Below, in pieces: positions 47,902 to 61,525 of a stretch of DNA of 64,000 bases. Position numbers and translations under genes: made by a program. The notes below the pieces were generated by a model. The model saw only the letters and a program-made list of their open reading frames with translations, had not been told where the DNA came from and did no database searches. How positions within the stretch are numbered: the first letter of the stretch is position 1; each line of letters opens with the position of its first letter. Source of the stretch: Novakomyces olei (taxonomy: Eukaryota). Location of the stretch: NCBI GenBank assembly GCA_016906335.1, contig JADEYG010000002.1:434001-498000 (forward strand), given 5' to 3'.

Positions 47902-49181
47902 TGTTTTTGGAATGAAAGTTCAGCAAGGTAGAAGCAGGTTCAAAGTTGATTCGGCCTCGAGGAAGGTATGGAATAAACTAATTCTAATTGAGGGGCTAAA
48001 CATGTATTATATATATTTCTTAGTATCGAAATACAAAGTGGTTCGGGGAAACGAGTATGATTTTCTTTCTCGTTCTGCGGCGGAATGAATGACATATGTG
48101 TGTGATATGATTGGGATGACACATGAGATTACACAGATCCCCATGAACAATCGTTATTGGCGCATTCAGCGTGTAAAAAAGGAATAAGGAGTGATTCTGT
48201 CCAGGCGGAATATTAAAATTTATGTAATGTTATATGTGTAATAGTTTATATGTAATGGAGTAAGTATCGCACCCATTATAATAATCCATACAAATCGTGT
48301 CCACAAATCGTTGCCTTATTTACAGCTGCACGTGCAGATTTACAATTAAAATTCAGTAAAGGCCAATGCGCAGTTTGCGAGTAGTAATTCCGTATCGATG
48401 CTTGAAATTTTAGAAGCGAATTAAAAAGCTATGCTTTGTGCATATTATATAGGATTTTTAGTCGACATCAGTTACCAAAAATAGGGCTTTTGTGTTAGCA
48501 GTGTTGTGAAATTATAAAAAGGTTCATGTACTACTTCAAGGATGAGATTTCTAATGCTTTTTGGTGGAAGCGGTAATACTTTTATTGCTACATCGAGCAT
48601 TCATAGTCGGCGAGAGAGCGGAGTCAACAATCGTTCCATACTTTCTGCCTAATAATGTTACATTATTTTATTTAATGCTCATTAGCGCAGTTTTATTAAT
48701 TCGTACCTGGCTCGATGCGTGGGAGCTATTGAGCACGTGTGTATCGATCTGACTATAGGAAGGGCTTGCTTTTTCTTCGCACGGTGACTGAGGCCTGGAA
48801 AGGCCAACAAGCCAGATTATTAACGTCTATTTATAACAGGAAGTACATATGTTTCGGGTTAGGGTTAGATACCGCAATCCATTTGTGCGAGAGGATGATC
48901 ATCACGCTGATGCAATACTGTAAGATCAAATTGACCGCTATCTCCTACTACCATCACGTCTTTGCACAGAGCAATCTACCATCATAGTTAATCACCATAC
49001 AATACAGGTTTGGTTTATTAATAGCATTCCCCTGACAATGCTGATAATACAATGCTCTCTTGTGTGGAACACTTTAAATTTTCGCTTTTTTTCAAGCATC
49101 AGCCGTGAAATCGTAATTTGATTCAGTTTAGCAACTTTGACACACACATTACGAGTTGAGCTCCTTAATGAGTCGGGCAAT

Positions 49182-49983
49182 CTACAGCAAAACAACCGAT
49201 ATATCTTGTATCCGTCCGCTTCCCAGCGAGATCTGCACATTATGCTCACCAGCCGATTTGATCATGTCACTTCCATCCGTAAATTTTAGCCGTGAAGGAT
49301 CAATGTGTGGTACGCCATAATCCTGTTCTAATACGCTGCTTAGCATAGCTGCGTCCAAGCCGGCCGCCTGTGCTTCATGGAGCCGTTCCATTCCAAAATA
49401 TAGTGTTTTAGGTAAATTGTCAAACTGCTTATCATTGATGTTTAAAGACTTATTTGGGGTCTTTGCCTGGGCGGTCGTCCCTTTCAATTGTTTTTCGGAT
49501 TTCGACTTTGTTCCTTGTGCCTCCGCTTTCTGCGAAACAGTTTCACCTGCATCATGGCGTACGGCAGCAACAACAGCCGATGTTCGAGTCGAAATGATCG
49601 CTTCAGCCGGTAGAGGTTTTCGTTTGTCATAGAACACAGCTTTACCTGATGCCATGAGACGAGACCGATAAAAGCCACGCGCTACCGAGACGATCTCACC
49701 TAAAAAAGGTCAGAGTAAATTACGGTCTTGAATTTTAAAATAAAATAACATGGCAACATGATATTTTAAAAGCAACTAACCTCGCCGACCGATTTGAGGA
49801 ATCGCATCAGAAGTCACTACAACTTTTATCTTGCCGGAGCCTCGTCTCATGCAGCGCCGAGATAAAATCGCCTAAATCCCTTTAGTATTAATACAACATG
49901 GATCAAAATACCGATGAGGTGAAGGACCGAAATTGGGGCAGTTCAGTTCCAATGGCCGAAGCCAACCGGGAGAAACTCGCCAT
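49182..49983 (-). CDS. Probable mitochondrial ribosomal protein bL9m, spliced
   Basis: Presequence MASFSRL...; spliced IKVVVTSDAIPQIGRRGEIVSVARGFYRSRL resembles the L9 N-domain; 3' end uncertain. Confidence 0.55.
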
Positions 49984-50175
49984 GGCCACGAGACCGCTCT
50001 CTAAGTTTTCCTTGCTTTATATTATTTTTATTATAAACTCCTTCCTATCAAGTCTTTTCACGAGATGCGCTTTAGCCAAGCAATCATACCTGGAAATATG
50101 AGACTGGATATTTTATATCCAAGTAACATTATCATCAACGACATGGCATCGTTGAGGTTATAATAAATTGGCATC

Positions 50176-50647
50176 AATTTTCGTTCATACAAGTCGATGA
50201 GTAATCAGTCCACTACGATACGCTTAGTGTATAATAAACGATGTTAAACCTATAAAAGTCTAATGTATGTATTTAAAAGTCATTTTCCACCTTCCAATAA
50301 GTTTGTACTAGCGCTGTCTTTCTTCTTGCTGATATCGATTGAAAGAAGATTTTACTTGATTAGCATCGTGACAAAGTTGTATTCTAATATTAAATCAAAG
50401 CAGTGCCAACTCAAGCTCTTTAATACTGCTCTCTGGAGCATAAGTAAAACTGTAAAATAGATGAAACTCAAACTGGTCCATTCTTTTGGAACCATTCCCT
50501 AAAGGTTGATCGCTCCCACGCAGTAAATCCTCGCGTTTTATTCGTCTTCGATTAAGACCATTGATTATCGTCCATGCAATCTTCGTAACTTGTATAGTCT
50601 GCTACCGGAATTTTACCGACTGCTCTCGCGTCTTTGGCAGAGGTCAA
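50176..50647. repeat. About 470-bp duplication shared with 63186-63655 (3' flank of the secreted-precursor paralogs)
   Basis: Near-identical sequence by eye. Confidence 0.93.
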
Positions 50648-50654
50648 TCTGTTT

Positions 50655-51251
50655 TCAGGCTTTCATTGCGATAGACATTTCATAGACACGTGAAGATATA
50701 CATTTCAAATAATCAGCGATAGGTTTTCGACCCGTTACTTTTTTGAGATGGTGAGTGAAGCAGAAATCCTCATAGTGATTTATCATCGTAACGAAGTCTT
50801 CTCTACTTAAGGTGATCCCGGATTCAGGATAAACTGGCTCCTTGGAAATATGGGTACTGGCCTTTCCATGTTGTCTTTGAGGAAAAACTGGCCCATGGAT
50901 ACTGGCCGTTCCACGTTCTCTCTTACGAAGCTCTGACTCAAATCCCTTTTTGCCTTTCCCTCCTCTATTTTCTCCATACTGACGAATGATATCAATGTAT
51001 TCTCCGGAGGAGACTCCGCTTGTATCCTCTGCATCTCCTCTCTTATGAAGCTCTGACTCAAATCCCCTTTTGCCTTCCCCTCCTCTGTTTTCTCCATACT
51101 GACGAATAATGTCAACGTATTCTCCGGAGGAGACCTCGCTTATAGGAAGCGATAGAGCTGATACCAACCCACGAGATCCAGGATGGAGAGTAAAGGCATT
51201 TTGCGAGACCGCAAGGAACAAAAAATATGCAATTTTTGCGGGTGCGTGCAT
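50655..51251 (-). CDS. Secreted precursor with two 40-aa repeats ending in KR and a Cys-containing C-terminal domain
   Basis: Hydrophobic N-terminus; 120-bp tandem duplication; ELHKR/ELRKR Kex2-like sites; TATATA upstream at about 51343. Confidence 0.7.
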   Translation of the reverse strand: MHAPAKIAYFLFLAVSQNAFTLHPGSRGLVSALSLPISEVSSGEYVDIIRQYGENRGGEGKRGFESELHKRGDAEDTSGVSSGEYIDIIRQYGENRGGKGKKGFESELRKRERGTASIHGPVFPQRQHGKASTHISKEPVYPESGITLSREDFVTMINHYEDFCFTHHLKKVTGRKPIADYLKCISSRVYEMSIAMKA

Positions 51252-52209
51252 TTCTTGTAAAAGACTGATCGTCGACCACCTTTAATTGAGACTAGCAACG
51301 ATGGAAAATATTTGTGGGCTTAAGGTGAGCGCAAAGGAACGGTATATATACAGGGACAGAGAGATACCCTCTCAAGCACAATACAGAGACCGTATTATTC
51401 AACGGAGGTTTCATTCAATGCTCTCACGCTTCTTTTCTGGTTTCCGAAACTGAGCACCAATCCCAACTGGTTGCAAACTTGAGTATTGCATTGATGGATG
51501 AGAGCCAAGGCAATTTAAAACATGTACTACTTCACCATGCTTCTGTGTGACTGATACAAAATTCAACATTACCAAAAAAATAAAAATGATAGGGAACGAA
51601 TGTACGTCAGGGTCCGGACTAGGCCATAAATGTAGAAGTATCTATTGATTGCGAGACTCGATAAGGAATAGACCCATAATAGTCTGCAATCTGAGAAAAT
51701 GGGTTGCATTGCGTTGGCTGTCACGTACATGTATGAGAATATTAAATCTTTCTTGCTTGCACCTTGCTCTAAAACAGACGATTCCGCAATTCGTGTCCGC
51801 TCTCTTTGTAGCACATCATGCAATCAGGGAGCTCCCTACCATTTTGTTTGTCTGATAATGATTCGATTAAGCAGATCGGTTAGAACGTTTCGTTTAGTGT
51901 CGGTCAAGCATCTGATAAAAGTAGCTCCGATAGGATCAATGTTCTCGAGAGCATCCAACGGTTCATGGCTCTTAAATAATATAGAACCTACAGCTTATAT
52001 ATTACGGGAAGTATGCTTGATTTTATTTGTCCAAACTCTGTCGCCGACCAAATTCATAGTCTACCTTTTTTGGTAACACGTGCACTTTTTACTTTGTACT
52101 TGTAAAACACGACCACGTGAAATACTACGACAACACATTCGCGGAGTAACGTCATGTTTGTCCATGTTGTATACCAGATAATTTTGATTGTGATGCATCG
52201 TATTTGGTT

Positions 52210-52490
52210 AGAGTTGAATAATTATAGCTCTTGTTAAGTTCGGACGGTCGAAATTAACTATCTGACTGTGTAATAGAGAATGATAATGGTCTCTCTCCTA
52301 AGGCTCAGAGGAGCGAACAGGGATAAATATTTAAATATTCAATATAAATATGGTAGTACCAGAATATAGATTTTGTAGGAGATTTCAATAAGTGAGTTCC
52401 ATTTCGCAACAGATATATATATTCTATAAATGTAAATGATTTAGACAAGACAATAATTAATTAACTGAGCAACTGTGCCTTATATACTAA
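52210..52490 (-). mobile_element. Degenerate family-I-like solo LTR in intergenic DNA
   Basis: Reverse complement shares CTCTGAGCCTT, ACAGTCAGATAGT, CGAACTT and GAAATCTCCT with LTR 35191-35455; ends uncertain. Confidence 0.6.
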
Positions 52491-52900
52491 TTGCACGTGC
52501 TTGAGAGTCCTTTCATCCCAAAAGGTTCCTTCTATGTACATCCTAATAATTATTTACTGGACGTAACAATACCTCTTATTCTATTATTCTAAGGAAAACT
52601 GCTCAATTTATCTTTAGAAATCTGCAGAAAGTTGAGCGCACGTGGCAATGGCGTAGTCCATATATCAGTGACATTTATTCAAATGCAAATTGCAAATTAT
52701 TGATTCTCCATCCTGTAACAAATATATATATATATATATATATTTATTTATATATGGTTTGATGATTACATGACTTTTGTTTATATGTACGCACACCTTT
52801 AACGCGAAAAACATGACTATATTCATAATAATACGAAAGATCAAAAATTACACAAAAGAATCCGTATCATATGCGCCACTAACGCGAGCATATCGAGACA

Positions 52901-54156
52901 ATGGCTATGAAATCGGGAACTCAGGTGAGCAGCGCGCCATTTATGCCTTACGTCGCCCTTGCTATATTGCTTGGTGCGACAGCTGCGGCAATTGGGTCTA
53001 TCGCTTTCCCAGAAAGCGTATTTGTAAGTTTTGAAGCTCATCTCATTGATCGAGAGTTCAAGGTGGCCAGTTCAAATCCCGTGGTCTTTATTTAACACGT
53101 TTCTAGGATACACATTTGATTGACCGGATCCATGGATATGCCGCAAACTATTTTCACAATCCTGGAAAATCGGACCTGTCCATCTTCTCTCGCGTTAACG
53201 CGTATCTGTTCCCAGGATCGGCTGCCACAAATGCTCTATTGGCAACAGCCTACATTTCAGGGCCACCAAATTTTTTGCTCTATCTAATCCCTGCTGATTT
53301 GGATCCGCACAAGCTGAATTACCTTGTTGCATTTGCCGCGGGTGGGCTGCTTGGAGATGTCTTTCTCCATCTTCTACCCCAGACTTTTCTAGGTGAGGCC
53401 ACTGATGGAGTTTACACGTTCCGTGCTATGGGATCCTCTGATACTATACTACAAGGTGCCGCCTTGATGCTGGGCTTCGTTAGCTTTTTCATTATGGACA
53501 AAGTCATGCGCGTTCTTACGGGATCAGTTCATTCTCATTCCCACTCCCCTTCTGAACATGAATCCTCTGGTCATACGCACGGCGGTGACAAGGACGGGAA
53601 AACAGAAAAGGATCAAGGCTCAGAAAAAGTTAAACCAACTGCGTATTTAAATTTGGTGGCTGATTTTTGTCACAATATTACAGACGGCCTGGCTATCGCT
53701 GCATCGTTTTATGTGTCTACATCTATTGGTGCTACAACGACTGCTGCAGTATTTTTGCACGAAATACCAGCAGAAATGGGAGATTGCTCTATTCTTATTC
53801 GGGCGGGCTACTCTAAATTTCGTGCAGCCGGACTGCAATTCGTTACTGCTCTCGGAGCACTTTCTGGAACATTGATCGGAATCGCTATCAATGCTGCTGC
53901 ACGTGACGCTGCTGCTCACATGGATTCTGTTGATAATGGCAGCAGTAATTTATTTGGTTTAGCCACAAATATTGGTGCGGAAGATTTAGTACTGCCTTTT
54001 ACTGCGGGCTCTTTTCTGTATATTGCATGTTTGGGCGTTGTGCCTGAACTTTTGGAAATCGAAGCCGGTTCACCCCGGACGGTGGAGTTACGAAGAGCGG
54101 GTCTTCAAGTCGTGGCTATGCTATTGGGTGTTTCACTTATTGGGTCTCTGAGCTGA
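52901..54156 (+). CDS. YKE4: ZIP-family zinc transporter (Yke4/ZIP7-like), one intron
   Basis: FAAGGLLGDVFLHLLP; His-rich loop; ADFCHNITDG; LHEIP. Confidence 0.88.
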
Positions 54157-54581
54157 CAAATGAGCCGCAACAAAATATAGTCAAGGAAAATAAAGATAGA
54201 ATTTGAAAAGGGCATAAACGTTCAACACAATCATTTTGGTAAATATATGTTTGAAATGAATAGTCAACGTCCTGTGACAGGGTTGCCAGAATAAGCGTGA
54301 AGACAGACACAAATAAATATATAAATATATATATACACAAATATATGCCATTACGTTTTCTCGAATAATGTCAGACCAGTTTCCATTGACTCATTACCAT
54401 TTTCCTCTTCTTTACAACAACGGCTTATGCAATATAACATTCATCATTACTAACCATTGCTCAAATGAACACGCTATTTTAAAATTAAAAAGAACTGAAT
54501 AAAAGTGATGTAAAAATAAAAATGAAACCAATACAAAAATAATCAAAAGTTAACCCACCTTCTAATTGTCTCGTTTTTTTA

Positions 54582-57503
54582 TTACCCCGCTTCATTAACT
54601 ACGATCATATAATCACCAAATAAATCGACATGTTCGTCTAGTGCCGCATTATCAGAAGACGCCGAATTGCTGGCTCCGATCGAGCGAGTAGGTGACCCCT
54701 GTACGAAAAATCTTGAGCTGAAAGGCGCCTCTTGCAAGCATTTACCACCGTTTGACCCACTATCATTGCCAGACCCGCCTGTACGACTCGGGGTCACTGC
54801 AGAAGTGGGCTCCCAAAGCGAAGTCTCACTGACTGCAGCTTGTAGGGTGGGTGGTGAAGACGGCATTGACGGGTTCACATGACGCAGGAGGTCCTCTTTT
54901 TCAGGGCCCGCCATTTGTTCCAGCAAGTTTCTCAATTGCCTTCGAGGAGTGAGCAAGAGCAAATCGTCAGCAACTCCACGCAAAAACCCTGGAGCAGTTG
55001 CCTCAAACATGCCATGGCGCCAGGGAGACGGACTCGTTGTGAAGAGCTTTTCTGCACTGCCAATTGCTGCATGACCAGAGCCAGAGCCTGAGCCAGAACC
55101 TGAGTTTGATTTTGATCTTTTCGGTGTTGAAAAAATGCCACTATGTTCTCGCATTTCAAAGATAGGATCGGGCTCAGATAACAGTTGCTCTGAAAAAGAC
55201 AAATCGCGTTTCTCCTGCTTCGATTTCGATCTATTATACAAAGACGATGAAGATGGCGTCTCCTCACCCTGCTTATTCGCCTTCGTTTTAAATAGAGATG
55301 CTTTATGAGGTCTGGCGTTGTTATTGCGTTCTATTCTGTCCATAACGCTTTCAGTTCTCTTGCGACGCCCTCCAGATCGCTCTTGCTCAGTAGCTTCCTT
55401 TTCAACACAATCTGAATAGATCGTTCCAGAAAGATTCTGCGACAATTGAGACGGTTTAAGTGCATGACTCTGGCCAACTGCAGTCGCATTTGGAGGACTG
55501 CTTAGGCATCGTCGAAGAGAGGTGAAGGCTTCCGATGTTGCTGCATCAGATTTGGTAAGATCTTCAGAGAACATTGATCTTTTTCCACTTCTGACCTTGC
55601 GCTTTTTCTTTGGCTCAATGTTTTCCGACCAGTACTTTTGTGGGCGCATTTTTTTATGCTGCCGCCAGTATACTCCGCAAGCTGAATGTTTAGTCGTTGA
55701 AGGAGGAAAAAAATAAGTATAAGTTCTTACCGTTGCACACTGTAACGCTGGCAGATCCTTCGCTCTCTTGAACTTGCCGCCAAACGGTTGTCTTTATTGC
55801 TCCACAATTAGCACAATATGTGGGTATCTTTCCCTGGCTTAAAGACGTCATTAGAACCTGTTCCACTCTCTCTCGACTCGTCATTGGTAGTGCCTGCTTT
55901 TTATTTTCCATGGTGTATCCCATGTCAGACATGGGCAAATTAGCGAGCAATGGCGTTGCACAAGACATGGAAGCCTGTGTCTCTGGCAATGCACTATACG
56001 GTACTCGAGCCTCGTAGGTGTGGGAATCCATGTCTTCCTTGTGTATGCTCTTTAATTCTTCATGATCAAGTTTGCTCATTTTAGGCAAAGTTAACGTATT
56101 CTCGTCCAGGCTCGAAAGAGGCTGACGTCCGCCACAATCTTCATTGTCAGTACTGTCCGGCGAAATATCTGTATTTGATTCGCTTGTGGGTATATCAGTT
56201 TCAGACGTTTGATCAGCATTTTGCAAACCTCCGTGTTCCAGTATATCTCCATTTTGCAGAATTGCGCTGCTTTCTAATCCAGTTTGCCTCCTACTAAAAC
56301 ATGAGCCAGACTGCTCAATCTCTGTGGGCAAGTGTAAAGCCGGTGGAGAAGAGGCCATATCTGGCGGCTGAATAGCTGGTGAAGAGGGTGACGGCTGAGG
56401 GAGTGAGATCCCGGTACTTTCTTGCCCTAATCTATTTGGTGCAAAAGATAAGTCGAACCCAGGGTTGCTTCTGGGCAATAAAGGGGCTGGCTTTTTGTCT
56501 CCAGTGTGTACGATATTTCGGGTATTGTCTTCAAGCGTTGCTTGCATTGAAGACTGGGGCTCTGACGATTGAGAGCAAATTTGAGGGAAAGCTATTAGTC
56601 TCTGCATTTTCGAAGAATTTCGAGGCCTTCCGCGTTGCCTTGGTTTCCTGTCAGGAGCGGCTGGGCCGCTATTAACAGAAAGCTGGCGTTTCTTAACTCC
56701 AGCACTGCCAATAGGATTGTTTGGGGGTATCATATGAGGGGCACCAATACTAACCTGAAAGGCCAAGTATGCGGCAGAGGAGGACGAAGTCTCTTGCAAG
56801 GTACCGGGGATAGCACTCAGGCGCACCCTGACCTCTAAGCATTTATGCACAGACGCCGATCTTATTTTTCCCGAAGTAAGTTCGCTCGTGCAAGTAAGAC
56901 CATTGTCTGATAAATTTTCGTCAGGCGTGTCAATTATCCGGGTCAAAGCACCCTGGCCAACGTAGGGTTCGCCTGTCTCTAAATAATCCACGCTGTAAAC
57001 ACTCCAATCATGCTGGGAAGGGTGCACCAGCTCCGGGCTGTATATATTAGAAAGGAAGCTGGAAACGAGAGTTGATTCGAATAAAGGGAAAATGGATTGG
57101 TTCGAAAAGGAAAATAAAGGGGAACGAGGAGAAGAATAAATCCAAAACAAAACGAGACGAAATGATGCTAATGGTAAAGGGAACAGCAAGTCAACCACCC
57201 CTCCCCCCCATTCATTGTTCATCGTTACCTAGATTTTGCAATGATCTGTAGGCAAAAGCGTAAAGAGACTAGACCAACCGGCTCGTCTGTGCCGGCATTT
57301 TCAACAAGTTGAACACTAGTGCGCTCACTCGATCTCGCAAGATAGACAGAAGTGTGTTTATCATCAAAAGTGTACAACACTTTGATTGGAATCACAACGA
57401 CTTGGGACGATGGTGATGCTAGTGCTGTACTCGCCCGTGTCCTCGAGCTAGAATTGACCTCGGCGGGGCCAATTGCCCCCGACTCGTCAGTGTTGACGAC
57501 CAT
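54582..57503 (-). CDS. Ams2/Spt21-family GATA zinc-finger protein, two introns
   Basis: IKVLYTFD...YLAR and DWSVYSVDYLE...VGQG N-domain; spliced CANC...VCNACGVYW...MRP GATA finger. Confidence 0.78.
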
Positions 57504-58958
57504 CAGCGCCCTTTTAAATTATCAGCAGAGTTAGAGTTCATGGACTTTTTATATTGATTGTGCAGGCACAGATGCAGTCGAGTTTGAGGGAAGTCTGTGG
57601 CTTTTCGTTTTGCAGAGTGTACAAAATGGTGAGTGTATCCGAGACGGGAAGTCGGACTTTGACGTGACGCGATTTTCTCGTTGCCACTATAGAACGCGTC
57701 GTTTAATGTATATTTATGCAATAATATAATATGTATATAGATTATTTATTGGCTGCGATTTATGAACATCTCGCCAACGTAAAAGAAAGCCATTATGTCA
57801 TATTCCGCATCATTTACCAAATAAAATACAAGTATACAACAGAATTGTTTATATCGCGAAATTGTGTACGTGTACGCGTTATAAACAAACAACCGGCGTA
57901 CTTGGTTTTACGTAAAGTGGAAGCTACTAGTCTAGTAGAAGATTAAAGGCTCGTGTGGTTCGCTCGTTCTATTATTAAATCAATGCAGTGCACTAAACTG
58001 ATTAGATCGTGAGGTGCTAAGAGTGCCATTCAAGGTTTCTAGTTCAGGTTTTGAATTGAAAAAAGTACCAAAGTTTCCTCACGCATTTACATTTGTAGGA
58101 CACGAATTACGGTTAGGTATATTATTGGACATTGACTTCATATTTAATATATAATTATCACTCCAATTGTATAGTAAATTTACGGTTTCACTACGGTTGG
58201 CTGGCTGTTCACTTGTCATGGCCTATACTCCCCTGGTGAATAAACACTACAGCACGAATGTGCAGTTTAGTGTAAAAACATGTTAGCTCTAGCTATGAGC
58301 CTGACTATCTTGCTGAATAGAATTTACATTACTATATAGTCAAGACGCAAGTACAGAGACGTGTATAAGGGGGCAAATCCTCGATAATGCGGGAAGCATG
58401 TAGGAGACAGTTTTACGTGGTTTTTGTTTTGCAAAGTAACAAATATATACTACGGTGTGAATAAGGAGAATGGATGCCAAGTGCCATGCGCTGCATGGGC
58501 AAACATTGAATTGTTTCCATTCAGATACCGTCCCCCGTATTTGGCAGACATCCGAGATAAAATAAAGTTTAAGCGTCGCTTCGATTAACCGTATGCACTC
58601 ACAAAATCGCGGCATGTTTGGACAAATGTACACGGTAGTTTGTTTATAAATTGAAACACTCCTATTAATTCACGCGACGCGCAAGGTTACGACAGCTTGG
58701 CTCGATAATTACTATGTAATGATGCAAGACATAATGAATTAAAAATATATTATGGTACGTGTAAGTCGTTAAAGCGTGGATAACAATCGGAGTAAACGAG
58801 CTATTCTATTTTTCCTTGTTACTTTTGCGGATTGTACTTTATATTCGTTCAACTGTACATTTTCCGAGTTGTGCAGACAAATTTGGATCTAACGGAATAT
58901 CCGAATTTCTTCAAACACGCTAGTTTTGAAGTAGCGGGCGTCGAGCCCAGAGTGAAGC

Positions 58959-60842
58959 ATGGCTCATACTGACACAGGATCTGTAAATACAAGTCGCTCA
59001 AACTCTTTAACGCGACGCTTCTTACAACGCGTTAAAGGATCGCGATCAAGATCGCCGTCACGGTCGCCTTCGCCAGCACCATCAAGCGAACGTAATTCGC
59101 CTAATAAAAATTTGGCCGATCAAGCTATAATTGCTAAATTATCGGCAAATAAGACACCTCCGCCGAGGGCGAACTCTGCGGAAACGGTTACAAGGAAGCC
59201 GCCTCAGTCTGAAGAGCGGCTAAATAAAGAGGCGTTCAGTAAGCAGCCGCAGAGTATTGACAAGGCCGATCTCAAAACCGACTCCAAAGATTCAAAAGAG
59301 CAATTGGCGTCGACTGCGCAGGCTCAAGTTTCACCAGATGATAAAGGTTCCCTGGGCACAAAGTCCCTGGACAATGCGAATGCGCCTGCTGCCTTGCCAG
59401 TCGGAAACAAAATATCCAGTCATGACCAGAAAGGGCCGACTCTGTCTCCCACACTTGAACCTAGCAATACATTAACTAGTATAGAGAGCAAGTTTACCGA
59501 CAAGACTGGGGAGACTCGTTCACAGACGGGAAGCCAGGATATTGTCGCAAGTCAAGCTTCCGGCCAGAGTGGAAAGATTCTTACTTCACAAGACGGGTCA
59601 GAAACAGCGTCAGAAAACAAAGATACAGGCGACAGGGCAGATGACGGCAAATACGAACAAAACTTACCATTTGAGTATCCATCTGCTTCGAGCGCGTGGC
59701 CTAAAGGCCCGAGCCATGCTACTCTCACGCAAGATCAAGAGCAGAAATACAATCAAGTCCTGCAGCATTGCTCTTGCTTGAAAGACGTGGCGGTTCAACG
59801 TAACGGAAGTCGACGGGAACCCATACAAGATAGGGAACGAATGTGGATGACCCGTGAATGTATTTTACGGTATTTAAGGGCAACTAAGTGGAACGTTGCA
59901 CAGGCAAAAGAACGTATAGATGGCACTTTAACGTGGCGACGAGAGTTTGGGACTTGGGACCTGTCTGATGATGATGTAGCAGTAGAAAATGAGACTGGCA
60001 AACAGATTCTTTTTGGGTACGATAGGCATTCAAGACCCTGCCTGTATCTTTTACCCTCTAGACAAAACACCAAGCCTTCTAGGCGGCAGATACAAAATTT
60101 GGTCTTCTTTTTGGAGTGTGCTACTGCCACAATGCCACCGGGCGTAGAAATGTTGGCTCTGCTCGTTGATTTTAAATCCTCTTCGTCCTCCAAAAATCCG
60201 AGTGTTGGTCAAGCTCGTGAAGTGTTATACATCTTACAGAATCATTATTGTGAGCGATTGGGCCGAGCGTGTGTGATTAATGTTCCATTTTTTGTATGGA
60301 CATTCTTCAAGCTTATTCAGCCTTTTATTGACCCCGTGACCCGGGAAAAACTCAAATTTAACGAGTATATGCCGGAACACGTGCCGCCGGAACAATTAAT
60401 CCGTGAATTTGGAGGCGATTGCCCATTTGTGTATGATTTTAAAGTAATGTTTCCGGCCACTGTGGAGCTCGTAAGGCAAAGGCGTCAGGCTATGTTCGAG
60501 CGATGGCAGACATTGGAAGGAAGTCGTGTTGGAGCCAGTGAATGGGTTCTCCGTGGGGGAGATGAGTATTGGGCGCGGGCGGCTAAAGCTGCTCGTGAAG
60601 AAGAGGCAAAGGAAAATGAGAGGAAAAAACATTATATTAATGGATCTGGACAGGATGAGATTGGCGCAGAGCAGGAGCTAGATCATCATAGTCATCATCA
60701 CCATCACCATTACCATCTGAATCATCACCATAATCTGTCACGTTTCTTGTCCGGCTGGAACCACAAGGATGAGGACGATGTGCTTAGCGATTCACAAAGT
60801 TTTGTGACGGCCAAGGAAGGACCAGAGCCGGCGAATATGTGA
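58959..60842 (+). CDS. Sec14/CRAL-TRIO lipid transfer protein (Pdr16/Pdr17-like)
   Basis: TRECILRYLRATKW; ENETGKQ; LQNHYCERLG; PFIDPVTREK. Confidence 0.9.
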   Translation: MAHTDTGSVNTSRSNSLTRRFLQRVKGSRSRSPSRSPSPAPSSERNSPNKNLADQAIIAKLSANKTPPPRANSAETVTRKPPQSEERLNKEAFSKQPQSIDKADLKTDSKDSKEQLASTAQAQVSPDDKGSLGTKSLDNANAPAALPVGNKISSHDQKGPTLSPTLEPSNTLTSIESKFTDKTGETRSQTGSQDIVASQASGQSGKILTSQDGSETASENKDTGDRADDGKYEQNLPFEYPSASSAWPKGPSHATLTQDQEQKYNQVLQHCSCLKDVAVQRNGSRREPIQDRERMWMTRECILRYLRATKWNVAQAKERIDGTLTWRREFGTWDLSDDDVAVENETGKQILFGYDRHSRPCLYLLPSRQNTKPSRRQIQNLVFFLECATATMPPGVEMLALLVDFKSSSSSKNPSVGQAREVLYILQNHYCERLGRACVINVPFFVWTFFKLIQPFIDPVTREKLKFNEYMPEHVPPEQLIREFGGDCPFVYDFKVMFPATVELVRQRRQAMFERWQTLEGSRVGASEWVLRGGDEYWARAAKAAREEEAKENERKKHYINGSGQDEIGAEQELDHHSHHHHHHYHLNHHHNLSRFLSGWNHKDEDDVLSDSQSFVTAKEGPEPANM

Positions 60843-61525
60843 GTTTTGTATAGATATAGAGGCTGAGCAATATATTCAATCGTACTTTTTCCCATTTTCT
60901 TCCAGGTCTCTAATTGGATTTGGCCTGTGCATGGAAATTGTACCCAAAAAATGGCATGGCAGGTAGTTTTAAGAAGCTACTTGGGTATGTATATAATTAA
61001 TTAATCAACTTTGACTAAATTATTTTTATTTATAAGGATGTTTATAATGTAGGTACTTATTTAATGTGTTTAAAACTACGTAGATCGGACGGTTGTTTTG
61101 CATCCATCAAAACGAAGCCAAACCAGGGCGCATATTAATGAAATAGACTTTGGAGCACAGAGACATCGAGCAGGAAAAGGCTTAGGCGAGACACACAATG
61201 ATACAATGAAGAATATATATAACAGTAAAGATATAGCACAATATACAGAAAAAATACAACGGAAAAGAATAAACTGAATGTATGCCATCAGGACAATGTA
61301 TAGTTTAATCAGCTGGGAGCTTGGGAAGACATAAACAATACTCAAGGCTAGACTGTGATACAAAGCAACGTGTAATCTGACATATTATGTATAGTAAAAA
61401 GTGAAAAAAGAGAGCATTACAATATTGAACAGCCCAAGATAGAACACAATAGTGTCTGGCTGGCAAAATACATAAATCCATAAGAAGTATTCTGTACATT
61501 AAACCGTAGTATACAGCACAGCTCC

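Noticed and set aside
50263-50460. Duplicated 65-aa ORF (also 63274-63471)
   Set aside because: Antisense by-product of the duplicated 3' flank; no coding evidence.
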